64,000 nucleotides of DNA from Eledone cirrhosa (GCA_964016885.1 OZ024740.1:211544001-211608000), one strand, 5' to 3'; counted from the stretch's first letter, positions 1 through 13,003 are shown. Numbers and translations are program-made. Notes: generated by a model from the sequence alone, not told the origin.

Positions 1-1446
1 CAATTAGAGCCGCTACTTCTCTGAATTGATAGATCATAGCTCCGATACTATGGGCATGTTGTTAGAATGTCTCAGGAAAGAATCACTGGACTTATTTGTA
101 GCTCAGAGATCAGAGAGTCACTCCAGGTAGAGCCACTACTTCTCTGAATTGAGAGATCATAGCTCCCATACTATGGGCATGTTGTTAGAATGTCTCAGGA
201 AAGAATCACTGGACTTATTTGTAGCTCAGAGATCAGAGAGTCACTCCAGGTAGAGCCGCTACTTCTCTGAATTGATAGATCATAGCTCCGATACTATGGG
301 CATGTTGTTAGAATGTCTCAAGAAAGAATCACTGGACTTATTTGTAGCTCAGAGATCAGAGAGTCACTCCAATTAGAGCCGCTACTTCTCTGAATTGATA
401 GATCATAGCTCCGATACTATGGGCATGTTGTTAGAATGTCTCAGGAAAGAATCACTGGACTTATTTGTAGCTCAGAGATCAGAGAGTCACTCCAGGTAGA
501 GCCACTACTTCTCTGAATTGAGAGATCATAGCTCCCATACTATGGGCATGTTGTTAGAATGTCTCAGGAAAGAATCACTGGACTTATTTGTAGCTCAGAG
601 ATCAGAGAGTCACTCCAGGTAGAGCCGCTACTTCTCTGAATTGATAGATAATAGATCCGATACTATGGGTATGTTGTTAGAATGTCTCAAGAAAGAATCA
701 CTGGACTTATTTGTAGCTCAGAGATCAGAGAGTCACTCCAATTAGAGCCGCTACTTCTCTGAATTGATAGATCATAGCTCCGATACTATGGGCATGTTGT
801 TAGAATGTCTCAGGAAAGAATCACTGGACTTATTTGTAGCTCAGAGATCAGAGAGTCACTCCAGGTAGAGCCACTACTTCTCTGAATTGAGAGATCATAG
901 CTCCGATACTATGGGCATGTTGTTAGAATGTCTCAAGAAAGAATCACTGGACCTTATTTGTAGCTCAGAGATCAGAGAGTCACTCCAATTAGAGCCGCTA
1001 CTTCTCTGAATTGATAGATCATAGCTCCGATACTATGGGCATGTTGTTAGAATGTCTCAGGAAAGAATCACTGGACTTATTTGTAGCTCAGAGATCAGAG
1101 AGTCACTCCAATTAGAGCCGCTACTTCTCTGAATTGATAGATAATAGATCCGATACTATGGGCATGTTGTTAGAATGTCTCAAGAAAGAATCACTGGACT
1201 TATTTGTAGCTCAGAGATCAGAGAGTCACTCCAGGTAGAGCCACTACTTCTCTGAATTGAGAGATCATAGCTCCGATACTATGGGCATGTTGTTAGAATG
1301 TCTCAGGAAAGAATCACTGGACTTATTTGTAGCTCAGAGATCAGAGAGTCACTCCAATTAGAGCCGCTACTTCTCTGAATTGATAGATCATAGCTCTGAT
1401 ACTATGGGCATGTTGTTAGAATGTCTCAGGAAAGAATCACTGGACA
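1..1446 (+). repeat. 123-bp tandem satellite (~11.8 units, truncated by window start) derived from RTE-LINE ORF C-terminus
   Basis: Unit starts at 1,124,247,370,493,616,739 (period 123). Unit translates as SSEIRESLQVEPLLL*IERS*LRYYGHVVRMSQERITG and the last unit runs on into unique RTE sequence. Confidence 0.93.
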
Positions 1447-1801
1447 GATTTTACAGGCAAAACCAACCGGCAGGAGATCCCCAGGGGTAGACCCTGAACA
1501 AGATGGTTGGATAACATCCATGAGCTTGGCTTGTCTCGCTTAGGGATCCAGCCTGATCAGTTTGAGATGGTTGCTTCAGACAGGACGCGCTGGAAGGAGT
1601 GGTTGAGGATCTTGCCCCCATGACCCTCACAGGAATAAGTGGGAGAAAGAGGAGGAGGAGGGTGAGGAGGAGGAGGAGGAGAAGGAGGAGGAGGAGGAGA
1701 AGAAGAAGAAGAAGAAGAAGAAGAAGAAGAAGAAGAAGAAGAAGAAGAAGAAGAAGAAGAAGAAGAAGAAGAAAAGAAGAAGAAGGGGAGGAGGAGAAGA
1801 A
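1447..1801 (+). mobile_element. 3' end of RTE-clade (Rex3/Expander-like) LINE with (GGA)n/(GAA)n tail
   Basis: Degenerate QILQAKPTGRR..RP*TRWLDNI..VASDRTRWKE C-terminal RTE motif followed by a purine trinucleotide tract at ~1646-1801. Confidence 0.8.
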
Positions 1802-2140
1802 GTTTCAACCACACCCAAATTTCTGTGGCTATTTATTGCTACAGTTATGAAAATCAAGTGCTTCTGGTGAATCATTTGACTGGAAATTCTTTTGATCATC
1901 CAACCATTACTTGTATACATTGATGAAAAAATTATTGATCAAAATGCTAATGGTTAAACTGGAATTGGTGAAACTAATAGAAGAGAGGGATCAATAAAGA
2001 AAGTATTAGGAATGTTTCACTAATTTAACAAAATGTTTCTCCAAATTGTTGATTCTGAACACATTATATGAATGAAACAAGTCATAACTACCAATTCTTG
2101 CTAACAATGGTATTGTTCAGAGATAGAAATAGGACTTGTG

Positions 2141-3910
2141 AATAATAATAATAATAATGATTTCATTTATTGGCCACAAGGGCCGACATGTAGGAGACGA
2201 TACAAAGACAGGGACAGTGGGGGTTTACAATAAGGTCGAGTAAAAGTGCACAATGGCAAGACTAATTTAACAATGAAGATATAAAAAATACAAAATAAAC
2301 TATGCATAAATATAACAAAATAAATTCCCCAATAGTCGGGGGCGGGGCGACTCAGGTAACCCACCAATCCTGAACCACCCTATGCTTCTAGGGCACCCGG
2401 GGAAGCACCCCTCTCCTCGCAAATTAGCCAACCTATAGGCGCATGGTCAGAGTAGGCCCACTCACACGGGCCATTCTTGCCACATTCATCCACCTTTTAG
2501 CAAATGTACTGGGGGGCAGCACTTCTCTCTCCACCCTCACCTTCCTTTCCAGGTGAAACTTGAAGAAGTTGATAAGGGATTAGCTGAAGAGAAAAGTGTC
2601 TGTCTTCAGTCCTTTCAGGCTGCCACCAGACAGAGGAAAATTGCCTGCCCTTCCTGGCCAAAGGAAAGTGGCGAGTTGGCCTTCACTATGGACTTGGCCG
2701 ATGCGCGCAGAGCGATGAATCCGTTCTACACGCGACAACAGCTGTTCGAAATAACTCCCCAAGTCAGTAATGCACGGACATTGGACAAGTGCATGCAGAA
2801 CGGTTTCGTTGCTCTGTGTGCATCTCGGGTAGGTCCGTCTGACAGCACTTCCGTGCCTGTAGAGTTTATCTCGAACCGGCAGTGCCACCTAGTTGCACTG
2901 CCAAGCGAGGGATTTTTGGAAGTTATCCATCGTCCCCGGCTCAAAAGTCCTTCGTCGACGCCTAGAGCCTCTCCGAGTGTGTCATTGCACTTGCCCACCA
3001 TTAATCCTCTATAGAACTCGAGAGTGGAAGTTCCACTGATCACATTGCCCGCTTGGTAGAGGGCAGTGATTGCCTGGCAACATTCCAGATGCCAGTCACC
3101 CAGTCTTGGTCTCTTCTTGACCCAGGACTGCAGCTCAGTCAAAGAGATGAACTGTAGAAAGGACAATCTGATAAACGGCGACCACACCAGTTCACCGTTT
3201 AGGCAGAATATCTGAAGATGTTGCAGCCTCAGCGCATGTCTACGCATCATTAACCACGGCAGCCCAGCCCTCCGTGTAGAGGGTGTTGGCAGCAGATGGA
3301 CCGCCTCACCAACAGGACTTGTCCTCTCCACAAGTATTTGAAGAGTTCCAATTTGGTGAGGCATGGACAAGGCATGACGGTCAGGCGGTAGTAGATGACG
3401 GATGCGATGTACGCGTTCGCCACCTCTGCACGACCTTTCAGTGAAAGCTTCCTCGCAGCCCATTTTTGGGTGAGACCGGCTACCCTGCTCGTTACCTGGT
3501 CCCAATTCTTTTCCACCTGGAGGTCTGGCCTGAACCAAACCCCGAGCAACTTTACCGGTCCGTCCGTCTACCACCCCACGACACTGTTGGACGGAATGGA
3601 CTTGCCTCTCCAGGTGCCGAGTTGCAAGCCCACCGACTTTTCTGGATTAAGTTTTGCTCCCGTCAACCTTTCATATTCCTCCAATAAGTTGCCGACCACC
3701 TCGATTTCTGAGGTGTCCGACACCATCAAGGTGATGTCGTCCGCATAAGCCAACACAGCCTTTCCGCATCCCGGTTCGAGCGGGATGCTCTGCAACAGCT
3801 CCAGCTTCCGCAGTAAAGGCTCGAGAGTCAATACGTACAGAAGGGAGGAGAGAGGGCACTCTTGACGGATCGATCGGGAGACCTGAAACGGTTCCAAGAG
3901 ATGGCCATTA
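2141..3910 (-). mobile_element. Tx1/L1-clade LINE (family A), 5'-truncated, internally deleted
   Basis: ORF fragments with SIRQECPLS, AYADDIT, LSLKGRAEVAN, ETVLHALVQC; homologous to 6200-8050; AATAAA plus (TTA)n tail at ~2141-2170. Confidence 0.92.
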
Positions 3911-3934
3911 ACCTAACCCTAACCTTAACCCTAA

Positions 3935-4235
3935 TGACCATGGGATTTACACATAGAAAGTTCTCCTCCGAGGCACAAGTCCAGGCAAGGTTGTTTGTAG
4001 AAGACTAGCAGTCACCCATACATATCAGCCTCCACTCTCCACGCCACCGATGTTGTCCAAGGGAAAGGCAATGGCTTTGGCACAGGTGACGTTGCAACTC
4101 ATTTCTACAGCTGAGTAAACTGGAGCAATGCGAATTAAAGTGTTTTGCTCAAGGATACAACACATCACCCAGTCCAAGAATCAAACTCACAACCTCCCAA
4201 TTGCAAGCCCAATGCTCTAAGTCATGTGCCTTCAC
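3935..4235 (-). mobile_element. tRNA-derived SINE
   Basis: Minus strand has B-box-like GTTTGATTC followed by TGTATCCTTGAGCAAAACACTT central motif; core shared with 9633-9943 and 25850-25945. Confidence 0.75.
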
Positions 4236-4243
4236 TTTACCTT

Positions 4244-4781
4244 TAATAATTGTTTCTACTTTTGACACAAGGCCAGCAATTTACCAGTGCATTACTGGTA
4301 CTTTATTTTATCGACCCCATAAGGATGAAAGGCAAAGTTAATCTTGGCGGGATTTGAACTCAGCATGGCGTCCGACCCTCTACCGATACTGCCAATCCAC
4401 CAGGACAGCATTATTATTATTTCATCTTTATGATCTGTGTTCAAATCCCGCCGAGGTTAACTTTGGCTTTCATCCTTACGGGGTCGATAAAATAAAGTAC
4501 CAGTAATGCACTGGGATAATTGCTGGCCAAAAGTAGCAACAATTATTATTATTTCATAAGTTATACAAAAATGCAAATGCAAATAATAATAATAATAATA
4601 ATTGTTTCTACTTTAGGCACAAGGCCAGCAATTACCCAGTGCATTACTGGTACTTTATTTTATCGACCCCGTAAGGATGAAAGGCAAAGTCAACCTCGGC
4701 GGGATTTGAACTCAGATCGTAAAGGGACGTAACTATGCTTGAAAGCATGGCTTCCGACCCTCTACCGATACTGCCAATCCA
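4244..4781. mobile_element. Cluster of three copies of the dominant (TTA)n-tailed tRNA-derived SINE (4244-4402 minus, ~4435-4550 plus, ~4583-4781 minus)
   Basis: GAGTTCAAATCCCGCCGAGG (B box) ... CTTTGCCTTTCATCCTTACGGGGTCGATAAAATAAAGTACCAG core, recurring more than 10 times in the window. Confidence 0.88.
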
Positions 4782-7700
4782 AGGAGCGGGGGGTGCAAAA
4801 GCCTCAAGCACCTACTCAGCCAGTTCCAACTGTCTGACAGGTATCGACTAGATTTCCCCAATGTGCCAGTATGGACATGGACCAACCGAATGGGGTCATC
4901 TAGATCGTACATAGACAGAATCTTCATTAGGAAAATAGATAGAAATAGTGTGGGCTGTCCACTTTTTAAAACGGTCGCCTATTCAGATCACAAATTTGTG
5001 ATCTGTACGGTCGACCTAAATAAAACGCGTAGGTTAGGACCGGGTTACTGGAAGCTGAACATGTCATTTCCGGCACGTAAGGCTTACAGGGACCGAGTCA
5101 ATAAGTTAGTTAAGCAAAAGTTGACAGGGGGGATCATCAACAACAGATGGTGGGGGGCTCTCAAAAGAGAGATTAGAGTAACTTCGATAGAGTTCAGCAA
5201 AGAACTAGCGTTAGAGAAAAATAGAAAGGAGGGGGAGCTGGTAGATAAGTTAGACGAGGCTATTTGTAGTGGCATCGCAACTGACGTGCTAGCGGCGAGA
5301 ATGGCATTAGACCATTTCTTCAATGCCAAACACGAAGGTTGCATTGTCAGAGCTAAGGCGCGTTCGCTGAGAAACGAGGGAACTAAAGCTGTTCGATGGG
5401 CCCGCATGGCGGAGGCGCAGCGTGGTAATAAAACCACAATTCGGTCTTTGGCGGACCGAGACGGACACGAGATAAGCGATTCCAAGCGGATGTGTGAGGC
5501 CTTTCGCCAGCACTTTGCTCGGTTGTTCGGGGAGAGTGGCGAGTCAGAGAGAGTAGCGGATTTCAGTCCCTACCTTGACGGCTTGCCGCGCATCTCGACG
5601 GTCGACGCTGAGCGCTGCGAAAGGCCGATTACTTCAGCCGAAATTCAGGACGCCCTTGTCGGCTGCATGAGGCGCAAGTCACCCGGCTTGGATGGCCTGC
5701 CCTACGAGCTTTACGTAAATATGCCAGACTTGTTCTCCGAACTCCTCGAAGCACTCTACTGTAACTGGCAGCAGAATGGGAGTATTCCCAGTTCTGTGAG
5801 CAGGGGAGTGGTGACGCTGATAAGGAAAGACGAGAACAAGAGGGATACATTAGACAACTTCAGGCCCATAACTCTGCTCAACACAGAGTTTAAGATTTTG
5901 GCCACAGTGTTAGCAAAGAGATTGGCGCTTGTCGTCGAGGATTTGGTTGGGGAGGCGCAAACTTGCGCAATCCCAGCCAGGTCCATACACGACAATCTCC
6001 ACCTCATGCGATACATCATAGAGAGGGTAGGGTGTAAACCTGGCTTTGGTGGGGCACTGATCAATTTAGATCAATCGAAAGCATTCGATAGGGTCGACCA
6101 TCGGTATCTGGAGTTTGTCCTCAAAGCAGCTGGCTTCGGCCCTGTCTTTAGAAGCTGGATCGTTGCAATGCACAGCGGCACACGCTCGGTGGTCAAGGTT
6201 AATGGCCACCTCTCGGAACCATTTCGGCTCTCCCGATCGGTCCGTCAAGGGTGCCCTCTCTCTTCCCTTCTGTACGTATTGACTCTCGAGCCTTTACTGC
6301 GGAAGCTGGAGCTGTTGCAGGGCATCCCGCTCGAACCGGGACGTGGAAAGGCGGTGTCGGCTTATGCGGACGACATCACCGTGATGGTGTCGAACACCTC
6401 AGAAATCTAGGTGGTCGGCACCTTATTGAAGGAATATGAAAGGTTGACAGGAGCCAAACTTAACCCGGAAAAGTCGGTGGGCTTGCAGCTCGGAACCTGG
6501 AGAGGCAAGCCCATGCCGTCCAACAACGTCGTGGGGCGCTGGACGGACGGACCAGTAAAGTTGCTCGGGGTTTGGTTCGGACCAGACCTCCAGGTGGAAA
6601 ATAATTGGGACGAGGTAACGAGCAGAGTAGCCAGTCTCACCCAAAAATGGGCTGGGAGGAAGCTTTCACTGAAAGGTCGCGCAGAGGTGGCGAATGCGTA
6701 CATCGCGTCCGTCATCTATTACCGCCTAACCGTCGTGCCTTGCCCCCGTCCGCGCCTCGTCAAGTTGGAACGGCTCCTCTTCAAATTCTTGTGGAGGGGA
6801 CAAGTTCCGTTGGTGAGGCGGTCCATCTGCTGCCAGCACCCTCTACACGGAGGGCTGGGCATGCCGTGGCTAATGATGCGCAGACATGCGTTGAGGCTGC
6901 GACATCTCCAGATATTCTGCCTCAATGGTGAACAAGTGTGGTCGCGGTTTATCAGACGGGCCTTTCCGCAGCTCATTTCTTTGACTGAGCTGCAGTCCTG
7001 GGTCAAGAAGAGACCGAGACTGGGTGACTGGCACCTGGAATGTTGCCAGGCACTCACTGCCCTCTACCAAGCGGGCAATGCGATCAGTGGAACTTCCACT
7101 CTCGAGTTCTATAGAGGATTAGTGGTGGGCAAGTGCGATGACGCACTCGGAGAAGCTTTGGGCCTCGACGAAGTCGAACTGACCAGTCTGTACCGGAGGA
7201 CTTTTGAGCCGGGGATGATGGACAATTTCCAGAAATCCCTCGCTTGGCAGTGTTACCGGGGGGCACTGCCGGTTCGGGATAAACTCTACAGGCATGGAAG
7301 TGCTGTCAGACGGACCTGCCCAAGATGCGCACAGAACGATGAAACCGTTCTGCACGCACTTGTCCAATGTCCGTACATTACTGACTTGTGGAGTTATGTC
7401 GAACAGCTACTGTCGCGTGTGGAACGAATCCAGTTATCGGCCGAGTCCATAGTGAAGATCGAGCCGCCACCTTCCTTAGGTGAGGAAGAGCAGGACATTT
7501 TCCTCTGTCTGGTGGCAGTTGCGAAAGAGATTATATGGTGGACCAGGTTGAAAGGATTAAAGACAGACACTTTTCTCTTCGGCCAATCCCTCATCAACTT
7601 CTTCAAGTTTCACCTGGAAAAGAGGGTGAGGGTGGAGAGAGAAGTGCTGTCCCCCCAGTACATTTGCTAAAAGGTGGATGAATGTGGCGAGAATGGCTCG

Positions 7701-7997
7701 TGTGAATGACCATGCGCCTATAGGCTGGCTAACTTGAGGAGAGGGGTGCTCTCCTGGGTGCCCTAGAAGCGCAGGGTGGTTCAGGATTGGTGGGGTACCC
7801 GAATCACCCCAGGGTCGTCCACCCCCTATCGGGGAATTTATTTTGTTATATTTTGCATAGTTTATTTTATATTTTATATTTTCATTGTTAAATTAGTCTT
7901 GCCATTGTGCACTTTTACTCGACCTTATTGTAAACCCCCACTGTCCCTGTCTTTGTATTGTCCCCTACATGTCGGCCCTTGTGGCTAATAAATGAAA

Positions 7998-8050
<53 letters not shown>
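4782..8050 (+). mobile_element. Tx1/L1-clade LINE (family A), 5'-truncated within the endonuclease
   Basis: ORF2 from EN C-terminus (SYIDRIF, YSDH, WKLN) through RT to a C-terminal Cys/His motif; 3' UTR, AATAAA, long (TTA)n tail. Confidence 0.95.
4863..7670 (+). pseudogene. Tx1-like ORF2 (partial EN, reverse transcriptase, zf-RVT-like C-terminus) with one in-frame stop at 6408-6410
   Basis: KSPGLDGLP, FRPITLLN, DQSKAFDRV, RQGCPLS, AYADD, CPRC..ETVLHALVQC. TAG at 6408 corresponds to GAG in the 53.8 kb copy. Confidence 0.93.
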
Positions 8051-8052
<2 letters not shown>

Positions 8053-8276
8053 GGTTTCTGATTTAGGCACAGGGCCAACAATTTTGTGGGAGGAGAAAGT
8101 CAAGTAAATCATAGATGATAATGATGATGATTATGATGATGATGATAACTGTTGGTGTATGCAGGTGCACATAATGTCAGCAGGAAGTAATTGCTCTGAT
8201 GTTTACACGAATCAACAAAGCTGATTGAGTGTAGTATAATCATCAGATAAGACTGCATTAGCGGAAGAAATATGGT

Positions 8277-9352
8277 ATGCTTCCCAGTCCTTGCTTCCAG
8301 ATACAGGAAGTCCTCAATCAGCTCTAGCAGCTCCCCGCCCACATTCATAATCTTCTCTGGCTCCTTGATTTTCTCTACCAGATACTTCGTCTTACTCTCA
8401 CTCATTCTCAGCCCCCCCCCCCCCCCCCCCCAATCATCGACATAGTCTCCACCTCTCACATCAACTCCTTTGCCTCCTTCACTGTGTTTATCACCAGAGA
8501 CTATATCATCAGCAAATTCAACATCTGATATCGTTTTAGTCTTAACTCTCCTGCTCTGAGTTGGTGTTACAGTAAAGCCAGAGTCCTGGTGTTTTTCCAG
8601 TGCAAGGCACATACAATAGTCCACTGTGATAATGAAAAGGTAGGGAACCAATGTATCGCCCTGGAGCACTCCAGCCAGTATCTCAAAGAACTCCATCACC
8701 CTGTCAGGTGTAATGACTTGGACTCTGGTGTTGGTGTAGAGCAGTGATATCAGGTCCATTATCTTCTTGGGGATTCCATAAGCCTGTAAGATCTTCATCA
8801 GGCAGTGACTGTCCACAGAAGCAAAGGCCTTCCTAAAGTCAATGAAAACCATGACAGCAGGAAGGCTCTTTGCTCTAGCTTCCTCTAGAATTCTCTGCAG
8901 CACCAGGAAGAGCAAATCCTGGGCGGTGTGTCACAGTTTGAGGTCAGTGTGGAAGTCAGACCTGAAGATCTGTCTCTTCATCACTACAGTGGAATCTATG
9001 CTGCTGTATGGGTTTGAGACATGGACACTGACCAAGAGACTTACTCAGATAGTGTATGGGCGCTACATGAAGATGGCTCTGAACATTAATCAGCATGCAC
9101 TGAGGATGAAGAACTCAGAGCTGTATAGAGGCCTCCCAAAAGACAGCTCAAAAGTGACACATAGGAGATTGAGTTTAGCTCGGCATGCTCACCGACATTC
9201 AGAGTTGACACTCTACACACATTAGAAGAGGGAGTCCAAGGATGACATATTTTGATGTCCTAAGAACAAACACTGGTCTCTGGCAGATGCAAGACAGAGA
9301 CCGCTGAAGAGAACTCGTCCATGGATCTCAGGAATTTTAACTATCCTGGATA
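8277..9352 (+). mobile_element. RTE-clade LINE (family 2) fragment with inverted 5' portion (8277-8905 minus, 8906-9352 plus)
   Basis: Minus part: FIDFRKAF, GVLQGDTL, FADD, FLYL. Plus part continues RKSK..LLYGFETWTL; colinear in the uninverted copy at 39045-39655. Confidence 0.88.
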
Positions 9353-9541
9353 TAGATATAGATATGGTATGGTCCGGTTACTCCTGATGGAGTCATTGAG
9401 GTATCATGGCAGTTTTTGAGGGGAAATATTTAAACCTGGCAGAACCCATCCCTCTCCAAGTTTGAACACAGCAGATTTCTTCTAGTGAAGAATAGAGAGT
9501 GAGAGAGAGTGAGAAAGAGATATAGAGGAAGAATCGACTCC

Positions 9542-9621
<80 letters not shown>

Positions 9622-9632
9622 GTATATATAAT

Positions 9633-9943
9633 GATGATGGCACTCCATCGGTTACGACAAAGAGTATTCCTGTTGATACAATCAATGGAACAGCCTGCTC
9701 GTGATATTAACATGCAAGTGGCTCAGTATTTCACAAACACACGTACCCTTAACATAGTTCTCAGGGAGATTCAGCATGCCACAGAATGGGACAAGGCTGG
9801 TTCTTTGAATTAGAGTTACAACTCATTTTTGCCAGCTGAGTAGACTGGAACAATGTGAAATAAAGTGTCTTGCTAAAGGACACAACCCACGGCCAGGAAT
9901 CAAACTCACGACCTTATGATCATGAGTCAAATACCCTAACCAC
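9633..9943 (-). mobile_element. tRNA-derived SINE
   Basis: Minus strand starts GTGGTTAGGG (A box) ... GTTTGATTCC (B box), TGTGTCCTTTAGCAAGACACTT core, (CAT)n tail; related fragment at ~34570-34770. Confidence 0.78.
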
Positions 9944-9944
9944 A

Positions 9945-11190
9945 AGTAGTTTTATTTTTTAAGATATATTTATCAAACTTGGGTCAGTTTGTCTTCATGA
10001 CTTGTTCTTTCGATCTCACTTGATAAACCCACCATTGGCTTTGATGACGGCCTCAAGGCGGCCTCGGAACCGGCTACAGGCCTTCGTCACTGTCCTCCTG
10101 ACTTAGGCCCCTAAAGGCACTCATGATCCTGGCCTTCAGATCGTCTTCCATATTGCAGCTAGATCTGTTGGTGTCTCGTTTCACTGCGCCCTACACAAAG
10201 AAGTCGAGGGGGTTGCAGTCAGGCGAGCTGGGAAGCCAGATGTCAGGTGAAGTGTGGTCGACAAAGTTCTCTGACAGCCAGGCTTGGGTCTTTCGGCTGG
10301 TATGGCAGGGCGCTGAGTACATGTACGGCCTACCTGTAGCTACCTGGTCGATCCAGGGCTTTGTTACCTCGCTCAGAACGTGGATGTAGCCATCGGTGTT
10401 CAGCTTGAGGCCCTCAGAGAAGAAGTGAGGTGGCATGACGTCACCTTGACTGCTGATGACACCTAAGACCAATGTTGTCGCTTGAAACTTTGTCTGCAAG
10501 ACTCTGGGCACGTCTTTGGATGAGACAGTGAGCCACCTGTTGTTCTGGGAGTTGATCTTCTGGTCTTGGCAGAAGTTTTTCTCGTCGGAGAAAAACCACG
10601 GCATGTCTGGCTCCAGTGGGTGTTTCAACTTGTTGATCAGCTTCTTTGCGTGCTTCAGTCGTTTTTCTTGCATCGCCTTTGACAGAAATTGTCCTTTCCT
10701 CATCTTGTATGAAACGTAGCGAATCTCTTCATGTACCACCAGCCTAATGAGCTTTTCATCCACGCCTTTCTCCCTTGTAATGGCATGCATCGACTTGCTA
10801 GGTTCATTGTTGATGATATCCTGAACTTCAGTGACGAACTCGGGCGTTCTGAAGGCGTCAGATCATCGATCATGTGTTTTCCGCTCTGATGTTGCTTCGT
10901 AGTCGAATCCTGAATCTTTCAATTCCTCTCTGACCTTTTCCATCATTCTCCTGCTGACGCTGAGAAAGTCTGAAATTTCCTTATTTGTCCTCCCGGCGCG
11001 GATTCCAAGAAGAATTCTGTGTCTCTTCCACAAATTTGGAGGTTCAAAATTATTCATAATCAATTATTCTGAAAATAAATAATGGAAATATAGTCACTGT
11101 TTTTATGAAGACAAGAGTGACAACGGAAGTAAAAAAAATTTGCATTAAATTAGCAGTTGAAAATTGCAAACAAATATCGTCCACACCCTG
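9945..11190 (-). mobile_element. Tc1/mariner superfamily transposon, maT (DD37D) type, degenerate
   Basis: WFFSDEKNF ... SAPCH ... WLPSSPDCNPLDF with 37 residues between the expected second Asp and the third Asp; second Asp lost by a short deletion; TIR begins TA|CAGGGTG at 11190; other end not seen. Confidence 0.87.
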
Positions 11191-11200
11191 TATATATATA

Positions 11201-11965
11201 TAGGGAGCTTTTGCCACTGCTAGCTGCAAAAGGCTTTTCCCTCAAAATGAAAGACAGACTGTATGATGCAATGTTACACAGTAGTGAAACCTGGGTGCTG
11301 TCTATAGAAGACTTGCGTAGATTGGAAAGAAACAAAGATTGCATGCTCCGATGGATGTGTAATAGTAATATACGCGAACGGCAAAGCATAAACGAATTGA
11401 GAGAGAGACTGAGCATAGGAGAAATCAAATGCTGTGTGCAGGAGAAAGAGGAGGTTGCGTTGGTATGAGCATGTGATACGTAAGAAGGATGACAGCTGCA
11501 TAACAAGATGCAGAGCACTAGATGTCGATGGAAGCCGCAGAGTGGGGAGACCCAAGAAGACCTGGGACGAGGTGATAAAAGCCAACCATACCCAATTATA
11601 CCTCTCAAAGGCGATGACACACGATCGTGACCTCTGGCGTCACACAGTAATACAGAAGACTCGACTTCCCATGAGTACAAGCCGAAGCTGAAGCATATAG
11701 ACAATATGCCCCCATGGCAAAAAAAAAAGCACCCAGCCCACACTGTAAAGTGGACATGTAGGTGCCACGGAAAAAAAGCACCCAGCACTCACTGTAAATG
11801 AGGTTGGTGTTAGGAAGGGCATCCAGCTGTAGAAATCAAGCCAGAATCAGTTCCTGTATGAGTAAGACAAGTCAGCCGACTGGACACTGCCCACAACAGG
11901 ACAACCCGTCTAACCCATGCTAGTGTGGAAGAACGGACGTAAAACGGTGGTGATGATGATGATGA
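11201..11965 (+). mobile_element. RTE-clade LINE (family 1) 3' fragment
   Basis: RELLPLL..MLHSSETW..RLRWYEHV..GRPKKTW; 3' UTR GTTAGGAAGGGCATCCAGC; (GAT)n tail. Confidence 0.9.
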
Positions 11966-12020
11966 TATATATAATCCTTATCGAGCCCTCTTCAGATTTT
12001 AGTCTTTACATTTATTATTA

Positions 12021-12082
<62 letters not shown>

Positions 12083-12370
12083 TAGTGTTCATCTCTCTTG
12101 TTTATTCAATTTTAGTGTACAGCTCGCAAAAGCTTTTTTCTGAGAGCTATTTAATTGTAAGAGACTACTCTGAGTTTCTAACTCACTATATATTTGTCGG
12201 CTCCATCATGTAGAGCTAATTTTAATGTCCTGTTAGCCAGGGTGCTATTTTTAGCGGCATGGAATTTCCAGACAAGCTGGGTTCTGAAAACACGTGTGAT
12301 AATTCTTATCGCACGCAATTCAGTCTATAATATTTTTAGAAGTGGTATATACATATATTATATATACATA

Positions 12371-12920
12371 TCATCATCATTTAACGTCCATATTCCACAC
12401 TAGCATGGGTTAGTTGGTTTTGTTACTGGCAGGTTTTCTACGGCTGGATGCCCTTCCTAACACCAACCACATTTACAGTGTGAACTGGGAGCCTTTTTAT
12501 CGTATCTCCTACACGACTACCTTACAGTGTGGACTGGGTGCTTTTTGTTGTGTCATCAACACAGTGGACGGAAATGGGAGGATGGAGTAAGGTGTGTTGG
12601 TTGGGGTGTGTATTGGGTTAAGAGGTGCCTACTAACTGTAGGTTTGTATGCAAGGGAAGGTGGGTCTTCTGTGCAACTGCATAGCGCCAAAGATCTCAAT
12701 CCAGTGGCATTGTCTTAGAGAGGTGTAAGTGAGCAAGGTCAGTTTTTATCACCTCGTCCCAGGTTTTTCTTGGTCTACCCACTTTGTGGCTTCCATCAAT
12801 TTTCATTGCCCTGCACTTTTTTATACAGCTGTCATCCTTCATACACATTGCATGGCCATACCAAGCAATCTCCTCTCCAGAACACAACAGTTGATACCTC
12901 TTATGCTTAATCTCTCTCGC
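12371..12920 (-). mobile_element. RTE-clade LINE (family 1) 3' fragment
   Basis: WYGHAM..GRPRKTWDEVIK, same 3' UTR and (GAT)n tail. Confidence 0.85.
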
Positions 12921-13003
12921 ATATATATATATTTATGACATCACAACTTTCTCCGCTTGGCCTGTTTCCCCCCTTTTGGAACTTTTCCCCCTTTTGGAAC
13001 TTT

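Noticed and set aside
1-1446. CRISPR-like regular array
   Set aside because: Units repeat in their entirety with no unique spacers, no cas genes are present, and the context is eukaryotic.
12280-12330. Hammerhead-like CUGAAAA..hairpin..GCAA
   Set aside because: A good hairpin, but no convincing stem I or stem III.
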